From Thermoplasmatota archaeon (GTDB lineage Archaea > Thermoplasmatota > JAKEGO01): a stretch of 64,000 nt of DNA. The notes below the pieces were generated by a model. The model saw only the letters and a program-made list of their open reading frames with translations, was not told where the DNA came from and ran no database searches. Position numbers and translations under genes: made by a program. Each line of letters starts with the position of its first letter. Position 1 is the first letter of the stretch. Shown piece after piece: positions 38,500-46,777 of the stretch. Location of the stretch: NCBI GenBank assembly GCA_028279595.1, contig JANQNK010000020.1, positions 64,001 through 128,000 of the forward strand. Direction: 5' to 3'.

Positions 38500-39396
38500 T
38501 CAGTCCAGCCCTTCTATTATCTCCTCGACGGGCTCCCACATGTCCATGGTGTAGAAGTGGATGCACGGGACCTTGTCCATCAATCCCCTGCACTGCTCGA
38601 TGGCGTGCTCTATTCCGATGGCCCGCACCTCGGCAGGGTCGTCGATGTTGTCGTCCATCCTGCGCTCCAGCGCTTCCGGGATTGATGCGCCGCACAGGCT
38701 CTTGACGATCCCGATGACGCTCCTGCTGATGACCGGCATGATGCCCGGTATCATCGGCACCTCGACCCCTGTCGCCCGGGCCCTCTCCACATAGTCGAAG
38801 AAGAGGTCGTTGTCCATGAAGAGCTGGCTTATGCAGAAGTCAGCACCCTGGTCGACCTTGTACTTGAAGTTCGAGAGGTCGGTCTCGAGGTCCCGGCAGC
38901 CGTCCGCCATGCACTCCTGATGTCCCTCTGGATAGCCTGCGACACCGATGCAGAAGTCATGGCTGTGCCGTCTTATCTCACTCACCAGTTCCGAGGCGAA
39001 GTTCATGCAGTCGGAACTGTGGACGTATCCGTCCGGTCTGTCGCCCTGAAGTGCCAGGATGTTGTCGATGTCGAAGTAATCGAGGACGTCCAGCGTCCTC
39101 CTCAGTTCGTCCCTGGGGGTGGCTATGCAGGTCAGATGGGCTACCGCCTCGATCTCGAACCTCTGCTTGATGATGGCTGCGACCGGTATCGATGTCGCCC
39201 TCGTCTTACCCTCGGGATTGTAGGTGACGGAAACGAAGGCCGGATCGTACTTGCGAAGATGCTCGACGGTGTCGAAGATGTTCGACATGTGCTGCTGGAA
39301 CGTCATTCCCTCTGCGGAGTAGGCCACCTTCGGCGGGAAGACCTCCAGTGAGAACAGCGTCCCGTCGGAACCGTCGAGTATCTGGGATACCTTCAT
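38500..39396 (-). CDS. metF: Methylenetetrahydrofolate reductase
   Basis: S.EVFPPK, FVSVTY, AHLTC, LALQGD, AGYPEGH, KV..GA...SQLF, HFYT. Confidence 0.93.
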   Translation of the reverse strand: MKVSQILDGSDGTLFSLEVFPPKVAYSAEGMTFQQHMSNIFDTVEHLRKYDPAFVSVTYNPEGKTRATSIPVAAIIKQRFEIEAVAHLTCIATPRDELRRTLDVLDYFDIDNILALQGDRPDGYVHSSDCMNFASELVSEIRRHSHDFCIGVAGYPEGHQECMADGCRDLETDLSNFKYKVDQGADFCISQLFMDNDLFFDYVERARATGVEVPMIPGIMPVISRSVIGIVKSLCGASIPEALERRMDDNIDDPAEVRAIGIEHAIEQCRGLMDKVPCIHFYTMDMWEPVEEIIEGLD

Positions 39397-39463
39397 GTTA
39401 CCCCCATTCGCGGACCTGGACCGCGCTGGGATGTGATAAATCTTTGCCCCTCGATCCAGGCGT

Positions 39464-39907
39464 TCAATCCGAGCGGGGGGTCCGTATCAGCATGACCGGA
39501 CAGGGAGCGTGCCTGACGACCTGCTCCGCCACGCTGCCGAGCAGGAGATGCTCCAGGCCGCTGCGGCCCAGGGTGCCCATGACGATGATGTCGTGGTCCT
39601 TCGCCTCCGCGACGATCTCCCTGGCAGGGGTCCCATGCACGAGCCGGGACGAGACCTCGATGCCCATGCGCTCGCCCATCTCCACTACGGTATCGATCGC
39701 AGACTGCCCCTCGTTCTCGAGTACCGAATAGACGTCCGTGATCATCGAATCTGCCGGGATCCCCGAGAACGCGCTCTCGTCCACGACGTAGATCGCCGTG
39801 GCCTCCGCGTTCACGAGCTTCGCAAGGTTCAGGCCCTTCTTCACTGCCTCAAGCGTGTACTCCGATCCGTCGGTCGGGATCAGTATCCTGTTGAACTCTT
39901 CGACCAT
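39464..39907 (-). CDS. Universal stress protein
   Basis: ILIPTDGS, IVMG..GRSG....LGSVA..VVR.APCPV. Confidence 0.95.
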   Translation of the reverse strand: MVEEFNRILIPTDGSEYTLEAVKKGLNLAKLVNAEATAIYVVDESAFSGIPADSMITDVYSVLENEGQSAIDTVVEMGERMGIEVSSRLVHGTPAREIVAEAKDHDIIVMGTLGRSGLEHLLLGSVAEQVVRHAPCPVMLIRTPRSD

Positions 39908-39975
39908 GCCAGGTCCTCCTACTGCGGTCTATCCTGGAACCCCTTGTTATAGGTTGCCCTGAATTCCCCCTCGGT

Positions 39976-40389
39976 CTAGACAACGATCTCGGTCTCGTCC
40001 ATTTCTCCGGGCCTCATGAGATGGATGACATCCAGTCTCAGCCGGATGAGAGCATAGTCCGGATCGTCATGGCCTGTCCAGTACGTGTCGAAGTATGGCG
40101 AGGCCTTGGCGGCCGCGGCCTTTTCGCTCATGTCTGTGACGATCTCGCCCTTCCCCATGGCGCGTAGATAACCATTGTTCTCCCCCTCGCTCAGAGGGAT
40201 GACAAGTTCGAACCTCGGTTCCGAGCCGAGCTGCTTGATCTTGTTCGAGTTCGCCCCGGTCAGTATGTATAGCCTTCCCGCGACGTGCATCACTGTCAGC
40301 GGCCTTACCTGCGGCCAACCGTCGGCCACTGTGGCAACATACGCGGTCGGCATCCCGTCGAAGTACTTCCATACATCATCGTCAACCAT
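39976..40389 (-). CDS. Pyridoxamine 5'-phosphate oxidase-like / general stress protein (split barrel)
   Basis: ATV..G.P.VRP, T...S.KIKQL, YW....DPDY.LI. Confidence 0.8.
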   Translation of the reverse strand: MVDDDVWKYFDGMPTAYVATVADGWPQVRPLTVMHVAGRLYILTGANSNKIKQLGSEPRFELVIPLSEGENNGYLRAMGKGEIVTDMSEKAAAAKASPYFDTYWTGHDDPDYALIRLRLDVIHLMRPGEMDETEIVV

Positions 40390-40507
40390 TCGATCTCCTC
40401 TATGGTGTATCGGGTACCCTGATTATCCCTTTTTTCCCGACCTGAGTGAAAGTATGCGGTAAGATACAAATACTTCGAACCGATTGGCCGACCGGAGGCT
40501 TGTTCAC

Positions 40508-41623
40508 ATGATGGACCCTAGGATCAAGAAATTGGCTGACAATCTGATAAACTACTCGTGCAGCGTGAAGAAGGGTGAGACCGTCCTCATCGAGACCATC
40601 GACATCCCGAAGGAGATGACGACGGAGCTGATCCGGGCTGCCCGGAAGTCGGGAGGCAAGGTCCTCCTGACACAGAAGAACAACGAGATCATGCGAGAGC
40701 TACTCAAGGGGTCCACGGACGCTGAGATCAAGCAGATCGCCGCCACCGAGCTCTACCGCATGAAGAAGGTCGATGCCTACATCGGCATGCGCGGCTCCTA
40801 CAACATCACCGAGCTGTCCGACGTGCCCGGCGACAGGCTCCAGGCCTACATGAAGCACTGGATCAACCCTGTCCACATCAAGGAGCGCGTCAACAAGACC
40901 AAGTGGGTCGTCCTGAGATGGCCGACATCGTCCATGGCGCAGCAGGCGGGCATGTCCACCGAGGCCTTCGAGGACTTCTACTTCAAGGTCTGCACCATGA
41001 ACTACGGCAAGATGTCCAAGGCGATGAACCCGCTCAAGAGGCTGATGGAGCGTACCGACCAGGTGCACATCACCGGACCGGGGACCGACCTCCAGTTCTC
41101 GATAAAGGACATCCCCGTCATCAAGTGCGACGGGAAGCTCAACATCCCGGACGGCGAGATATTCACCGCTCCGGTGAAGAAATCGGTCAACGGGACCGTG
41201 AAGTTCACCGCAGAGACCCTCTACCAGGGCACGGTCTTCTCCGACATCGAACTCACCTTCAAGAACGGGAAGGTCATCGAGGCGACGGGATCGGACCCGG
41301 AGAAGATCAACAAGATCCTCGATACCGACAAGGGCTCGAGGTATGTCGGCGAGTTCGCCATCGGCGTCAATCCGTACATCACGAGGCCGATGAGGGACAT
41401 CCTCTTTGACGAAAAGATCGCCGGTTCGTTCCACTTCACACCCGGCAATGCGTACGACGACGCCGACAACGGCAACAAGTCGGCCGTCCACTGGGACATG
41501 GTCTGCATCCAGACCAAGGACTACGGCGGCGGCGAGATGTACTTCGACGGCAAGCTCATCCGGAAGAACGGCAAGTTCGTGCCGAAGTCGCTGCAGGGCC
41601 TTAACCCGGCGAAACTCAAATGA
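40508..41623 (+). CDS. Aminopeptidase, M29 (AmpS/AmpT) family
   Basis: NIPDGEIFTAP, GEFAIG.N, LFDEKI.G..H.TPG.AY, N.S.VHWD. Confidence 0.95.
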   Translation: MMDPRIKKLADNLINYSCSVKKGETVLIETIDIPKEMTTELIRAARKSGGKVLLTQKNNEIMRELLKGSTDAEIKQIAATELYRMKKVDAYIGMRGSYNITELSDVPGDRLQAYMKHWINPVHIKERVNKTKWVVLRWPTSSMAQQAGMSTEAFEDFYFKVCTMNYGKMSKAMNPLKRLMERTDQVHITGPGTDLQFSIKDIPVIKCDGKLNIPDGEIFTAPVKKSVNGTVKFTAETLYQGTVFSDIELTFKNGKVIEATGSDPEKINKILDTDKGSRYVGEFAIGVNPYITRPMRDILFDEKIAGSFHFTPGNAYDDADNGNKSAVHWDMVCIQTKDYGGGEMYFDGKLIRKNGKFVPKSLQGLNPAKLK

Positions 41624-41742
41624 TCATGCGAGCTGCAATAATCCCGTAGCTCGTCCTCTCGAACGCTCCAGGGACCAGATAGAGTCAATGGTAGTCGGCT
41701 CGATAGCCAAAATGATACAGCTGCGTGGCTCAAAGTGAGGAT

Positions 41743-42378
41743 ATGACGAACGGAGGATACCAAGGGATCAGGATCGAGCTTGAGAAGAAGAGTAGCGAAA
41801 GGTTGGCCCTCAACCTCTTCAAAGGATTGATGATCCTGGCATTCCTCTCACTTGTCTTTTTCATCCTCATGTGGGAAGGAAATCCCTTCCCCTGCGTGCT
41901 GGCGATCGCCCTGATTCTATTCCTTTTCCTTTACATCCTTCCGAAGATGGTCGCATCCCTCGACATAACGGATCCATACAACCGGCGATTGATCAAAGAG
42001 ATGAGGAGCACCCGCCCGAATCGTTACCCAAGCGATTACCGCACCTTTACCACCGAACTCATACAAGCCACCAGCGCTCTCCGGCAGATCGCAGGAGGCC
42101 CTTTTCACATTGTACCGGTCAGCACGAACATCGACAAGACCAGACGATGCCTGACGGTACTACGAAATCCCGATCCACGGACATACTCCATATACAGGGA
42201 TACCCTGAATGCAATCGAGAGGGCTCATCGAAGGGATCCGATACTCCCTTCCAAGACGATAATGGGCCTTGCACGGGAGATGAGCGACAGCATCGAGGAG
42301 TACCTCTTCGAACTTGAGGATAGGTTTCTCAAGGAGCATGATGAGGTCGTTAGCAGGCTCCGCACATATGGTGAATGA
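41743..42378 (+). CDS. Hypothetical protein with two N-terminal TM helices
   Basis: GAGG RBS; two hydrophobic segments followed by a helical soluble region. Confidence 0.6.
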   Translation: MTNGGYQGIRIELEKKSSERLALNLFKGLMILAFLSLVFFILMWEGNPFPCVLAIALILFLFLYILPKMVASLDITDPYNRRLIKEMRSTRPNRYPSDYRTFTTELIQATSALRQIAGGPFHIVPVSTNIDKTRRCLTVLRNPDPRTYSIYRDTLNAIERAHRRDPILPSKTIMGLAREMSDSIEEYLFELEDRFLKEHDEVVSRLRTYGE

Positions 42379-42420
42379 CGATCCGATTTCGAGGTCGACC
42401 GCCCCAATACTAAATAATGG

Positions 42421-43176
42421 ATGGTCATACCATACCCAATGCAATTCCCGAGACCGGACAGGAATACAAAAAAAATGGTCCTGGTCCTCTTCATCATACT
42501 CCTGGCTGTGACCCTGACGGTCAGAACGGTCGATATGCCCGAACCGGAGGACCCGGATAGCGAGAAGGACGACGGCTGGGCGATCCTCCATCTCTTCGAG
42601 GTGCTCGGGATCCTGGTGTTCGTACTCACCATCTACCACGCCAAGGTCAACTGGGGTATGGAACGTGTACTGGCCTTCTTTCCTGCACTGTTCGTCTACG
42701 CCCTTGCATTCGAGGACATCAACATCACGATCTCGGAGCAGTACGGATACAACTCGAATGCCTGGTTCCTATTCCATGTCACCATGATCGCCATCCCGCT
42801 CGGGTGGTGCGTCATCGTGTATTGTGCTGTAACGGCCCTCGAGGCCTCTCCAAGGCGATTCACTCCCGTCCAGACCGGGCTCGTCGCGGGGGCGTTGGCG
42901 CTCTCCATCGACCTCGGGATCGACGCCACGGCCTTCGCGTACGGCCTGTGGACATGGAAGGACGGCTACTGGTTCGGAGTGCCCCTGATGAACTTCGTCG
43001 GATGGTTCGTCGTCGTGTTCCTCTGGGTCAGCATGTGGACCCATCTCAGGAGAAAGGAATTGCCTTTCAGGAAGGAGTTCGGATGGTCCTTCGGAGTGAC
43101 GGGGATGGCCCTCGGCCTGCAGTATCCCCTGTATGGACTGTTCATGGGGTTCTTCATAACACTGGGGGTGTTCTGA
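42421..43176 (+). CDS. CruF-like carotenoid biosynthesis family membrane protein
   Basis: IPLGW...Y, D..ID..A...GLW.W...YWFGVP..NF.GWF. Confidence 0.75.
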   Translation: MVIPYPMQFPRPDRNTKKMVLVLFIILLAVTLTVRTVDMPEPEDPDSEKDDGWAILHLFEVLGILVFVLTIYHAKVNWGMERVLAFFPALFVYALAFEDINITISEQYGYNSNAWFLFHVTMIAIPLGWCVIVYCAVTALEASPRRFTPVQTGLVAGALALSIDLGIDATAFAYGLWTWKDGYWFGVPLMNFVGWFVVVFLWVSMWTHLRRKELPFRKEFGWSFGVTGMALGLQYPLYGLFMGFFITLGVF

Positions 43177-43177
43177 A

Positions 43178-43345
43178 ATGGATAGGGCATCCCTGTTCAG
43201 GGAGAAATGGACGGACATCTTCGTCATCGGAACCCACGGATACTTCCTCGGAGTGGCCGTGTTCCTCGGCCGCCCAGACCTGTTCACCTTCGGCCTGGCC
43301 GCAGCTGCAGGAAGCATACTCTTGTTCAGATGGGTAAAGGGATAG
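43178..43345 (+). CDS. Small 55-aa membrane protein (not in the ORF track)
   Basis: ATG 1 nt after the upstream stop, with GGGGGTG RBS; MDRASLFREKWTDIFVIGTHGYFLGVAVFLGRPDLFTFGLAAAAGSILLFRWVKG*. Confidence 0.6.
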   Translation: MDRASLFREKWTDIFVIGTHGYFLGVAVFLGRPDLFTFGLAAAAGSILLFRWVKG

Positions 43346-43363
43346 CCCGGCCAGTGTGTCACA

Positions 43364-44824
43364 CTAATCTGACAGCGCCTTGCACGACCTCTGGAGCAGT
43401 TCCCAGAAGTTCTCGACGGACGATATCTGCACCCTCTCCGCAGGGGAGTGAGGGTTCTCGATCTGCGGTCCGAGCGAGACCATGTCCATGTCCGGGTACT
43501 TCTCCTTCAGGAGACCGCACTCCAATCCGGCGTGGATGGCCTTGACCTCTGGTTCATACCCGAGAAGCTCCGTGGTCACCTGTTTCACGACCTTCAGGGT
43601 GGTGGAGTCGAGGTCCGGTATCCATCCGGGGTAGCCGTCGAGCTCCTCGACCTTGGCTCCCGCCATGTTCGAGATGGACCAGTGCATCGACCTGACCCAG
43701 TCCAGGGCAGAGCGGACCGACGATCGGGTGGAGATGACGATGTCGACACTCTCCCCCTCGTGCGTGAGGACCCCGACGTTGGTTGACGTTTCGACAAGTC
43801 CGGGTATCTCGTGAGACATTCCCATGACGCCGTTCGGAAGCGCCTGCAGCGCCTTGATCAGAAGCGCTGACGAATCTATATCTATGGCTCTTCCAGGCAT
43901 GTCGATGACCTCGATGTCGACCTCGATGTTCGGATCGATGGTCCTGTACTCGAATATGATGGCATCGGCCTCCTTGTTCGTGGCCTCGATGAACGTGTCC
44001 TTCATCCCGTTCGGGATGATGGCAGTCGCCTCGGCCTCCCTCGGGATGGCGTTCCTCTTGTTCCCGCCGGCGATGTGGCCGATATGGGGATCTCCCGAGG
44101 CCTCCATTCCGCGGAACAGGATCCGGGTAAGTACCTTGATGGCGTTCGCGCGGCCCTCGTGGACGTCCACGCCGGAGTGGCCTCCACGGAGCCCGTGGAC
44201 CTTGACCGATATCGCAGTCATATCGAGGCTGGATGAATCGAAGGTGTCGACGAGGAACTTGATGTTCGTGTCGGCCCCACCGGCGCATCCGATGCATAGT
44301 TCCCCCTCCTCCTCCGAATCGAGGTTGAGGAACAGCCTGCCCTTGAGGACATCCGTCCCTAGCGAGACAGCGCCGTTGAGCCCGGTCTCCTCGTCCACGG
44401 TGAAGAGGAACTCGAGGGGTCCATGCTCGAAATCTGTTTCCATCGCCGCGAGCATCGCAGCGACTCCGATGCCGTTGTCCGCCCCAAGCGTTGTCCCCCT
44501 GGCAACGACCCACTCGCCGTCGATGACCGGTACTATCGCATCGGTCTGGAAGTTGTGGTCCACATCGGAGTCCTTCTCGCACACCATGTCGACGTGGGAC
44601 TGGAGCACCACTCCAGGTGCGTTCTCCCTGCCCGCCGATCCTGGCTTCCTGACGATGATGTTCCCGCCCTGCTCGCGGATGTACTCCAGGCCGAGACGCT
44701 CGGCGACTGACACTATGTAGTCCCCGACCTCGTCCTCGCTCTTCGAACAACGCGGTATCCTGCTGATCTCGACGAAATAGTTCCACACTATACCGGGCGA
44801 TAACCTTGCTACCTCTTCCGACAT
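43364..44824 (-). CDS. pepD: Aminoacyl-histidine dipeptidase (M20C)
   Basis: LQSHVDMVCEK, TTLGADNGIG, TVDEETG, NLDSEE, GGHSG, IHAGLECG, PHSP.ER. Confidence 0.96.
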   Translation of the reverse strand: MSEEVARLSPGIVWNYFVEISRIPRCSKSEDEVGDYIVSVAERLGLEYIREQGGNIIVRKPGSAGRENAPGVVLQSHVDMVCEKDSDVDHNFQTDAIVPVIDGEWVVARGTTLGADNGIGVAAMLAAMETDFEHGPLEFLFTVDEETGLNGAVSLGTDVLKGRLFLNLDSEEEGELCIGCAGGADTNIKFLVDTFDSSSLDMTAISVKVHGLRGGHSGVDVHEGRANAIKVLTRILFRGMEASGDPHIGHIAGGNKRNAIPREAEATAIIPNGMKDTFIEATNKEADAIIFEYRTIDPNIEVDIEVIDMPGRAIDIDSSALLIKALQALPNGVMGMSHEIPGLVETSTNVGVLTHEGESVDIVISTRSSVRSALDWVRSMHWSISNMAGAKVEELDGYPGWIPDLDSTTLKVVKQVTTELLGYEPEVKAIHAGLECGLLKEKYPDMDMVSLGPQIENPHSPAERVQISSVENFWELLQRSCKALSD

Positions 44825-44945
44825 TATGAATCCCCCTTGGTACCGCCCGGATTGTCGCTTCGATATAAGAGCGTTCCGTGGGACGCTACCCGGAATTCAA
44901 GGAAATTGTTAAATAGGCCGGGGATGAAGGATACCCAGTGATAGC

Positions 44946-45818
44946 ATGCGGGTGCTGATGTTGATCACAGTCGCGATGGCCATCGTTGCCCTCTCGTTCG
45001 TACCAGGGACCACCGCCCATGACGATATCGACGTCAGGGTGACCTACGGCGGGGCAGACACGAACAATACGGTCGCCTACAAGGGCGATACATTAGATTT
45101 CTACATCTGGGTGCTCAGCGACTATGAATACAGCCCACTGACCTTCAAAATTCGGACCGAATCGATGACTGGATACAACATGCCTCGGGCACTGAGCAAT
45201 TCGTCGATGACCCTCAATCATTCCGAGGAGGACTACTCCAGGCTTACCATCTATACTCCGCGGGTCACGGACATAGAAGAGTACGTCGTAAGGGTCATCG
45301 TGACTGCTGAAGAGGACGAGAGCATCACGGAATCGGTCCAGATAACCATCGAGGTGATCGACCGTATCGACAGGGGGATCACCGTCGAGATGGGAGACAA
45401 GCGACTCATCCTGAAGCCCGGCAAGGAGGAGTCCATCCTCGTCACCATCGACAACGAATACAATTACGACAGGGAGATCGTGATCACGGCCCATTCATCG
45501 AGCGAAATGGTATATGCCTCCATCTATCCCGAGCACACCCTGAGGGCCGGAAAGTCCCTTGAGCTACTGCTGTTCGTCACCAGCGACGAACCCGAACGAG
45601 CCTTCATCTCGGTCCACATCGTCACTGAGGAGATGCCCGAGTTCCCCGTGTGGAGGCACGTGAACGTGACGGTCGTGGAGGACAAGGCCTCTCTTGCGGC
45701 TGCCGAGACCAGTACCGGCCTTTCCATCAACAGCATCATCATCGGATTCACGATAGGATACCTGATAGCACTGTTCTTCACGGTCTTGATTCTGAAGGAC
45801 AGGATGGGGAGATACTGA
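44946..45818 (+). CDS. Cell-surface protein, two Ig-like beta domains, C-terminal anchor (paralog 1)
   Basis: Signal peptide, beta-rich body, C-terminal GFTIG..IA.F.T...LKDR. Confidence 0.8.
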   Translation: MRVLMLITVAMAIVALSFVPGTTAHDDIDVRVTYGGADTNNTVAYKGDTLDFYIWVLSDYEYSPLTFKIRTESMTGYNMPRALSNSSMTLNHSEEDYSRLTIYTPRVTDIEEYVVRVIVTAEEDESITESVQITIEVIDRIDRGITVEMGDKRLILKPGKEESILVTIDNEYNYDREIVITAHSSSEMVYASIYPEHTLRAGKSLELLLFVTSDEPERAFISVHIVTEEMPEFPVWRHVNVTVVEDKASLAAAETSTGLSINSIIIGFTIGYLIALFFTVLILKDRMGRY

Positions 45819-45897
45819 CCCCCTCACATGAACGAACCTGTACGGTCTTTACGCAAATCGTTAAATATCGAGAACCCCAAGGAACCCCAGTGGTAAC

Positions 45898-46773
45898 ATG
45901 CGGGTGCTGATGTTCATCACGATCGCGATCGCTCTCATCGCGGTCGCGTCGCTTCAGGGGGCCGAAGCAGCCGAGGAACTCGACGTCAGGATCACACACG
46001 ATTCCGTTCAAACCAATGAGACCGATGTCTTCCAGGGTGACCTTGCACATTTCCACATCTGGATCTTCAACGAGAACGCATCCGGTTTGACCCAGACCTA
46101 CGACATAGACGTTAAGGGTCCGAACGAGGAGGTGACTCGGCATCTCAACCGCACCTCCCTCACCGTCGAGTACAGGGAGGAGGAGTCGGTCAGGATCGGA
46201 TTCGAACCTTCCATGGAGGCGAGTACCGACGAATTCGTTTACATTATCCGCGTCGAATCCACCGAGAACGAGAACGTCACCGACTTCGATCGAATAACCC
46301 TGAACGTGCTGGAGAGACCGGACGAGGGTCTTACCGTGGAGATCGACAGACGAAGGGTCACACTCGAGATAGGCCAGACCGGTTTCATTCACCTGAACAT
46401 CACGAACGATTACGATGGCGACCGAGAGCTCGTCCTCATGGCCGATCCATCCAACAATTCGACCGATGCCTTCATAGAGAGGGACCATACCATCGAAGGC
46501 GATGAGACCCTGCATCTGATCATGTACCTCTATGGCGATGACCTCGGTGATTCCTACGTGGCGATCTACATCATCCCTACAGGGACTCCAGAATTCTCAC
46601 TTTACAAGCACGTCAATGTGAGCGTGGTCGAGGACCATAGCGCAAGAGAGAGAAGGGAGAGCGACTCGCCATCGGGCCCAGCCTTCTACACCGTCGTCGG
46701 TTTCACGATCGGCTGCCTGATAGCCATGTTCGTTACGATAATCCTTCTGAAGGACAGATTCCCGAGGCACTGA
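45898..46773 (+). CDS. Cell-surface protein (paralog 2)
   Basis: Same architecture and similar N/C termini as 44946-45818. Confidence 0.8.
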   Translation: MRVLMFITIAIALIAVASLQGAEAAEELDVRITHDSVQTNETDVFQGDLAHFHIWIFNENASGLTQTYDIDVKGPNEEVTRHLNRTSLTVEYREEESVRIGFEPSMEASTDEFVYIIRVESTENENVTDFDRITLNVLERPDEGLTVEIDRRRVTLEIGQTGFIHLNITNDYDGDRELVLMADPSNNSTDAFIERDHTIEGDETLHLIMYLYGDDLGDSYVAIYIIPTGTPEFSLYKHVNVSVVEDHSARERRESDSPSGPAFYTVVGFTIGCLIAMFVTIILLKDRFPRH

Positions 46774-46777
46774 GAAT

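Noticed and set aside
38500-39396. metF plus Rnf as evidence of acetogenesis
   Set aside because: No metV, fhs or acs/cdh genes are in the window, and the adjacency to cysK suggests Met/Cys metabolism.
41629-41653. Isolated intergenic hairpins (also ~9340-9371 and ~19718-19745)
   Set aside because: They are single-copy, sit just after stop codons and lack the family arms; they look like ordinary 3'-end structures.
46195-46215. GGATTCGAACC, a reverse T-loop-like motif
   Set aside because: It is inside a coding sequence with no cloverleaf; no tRNA was found in the window.
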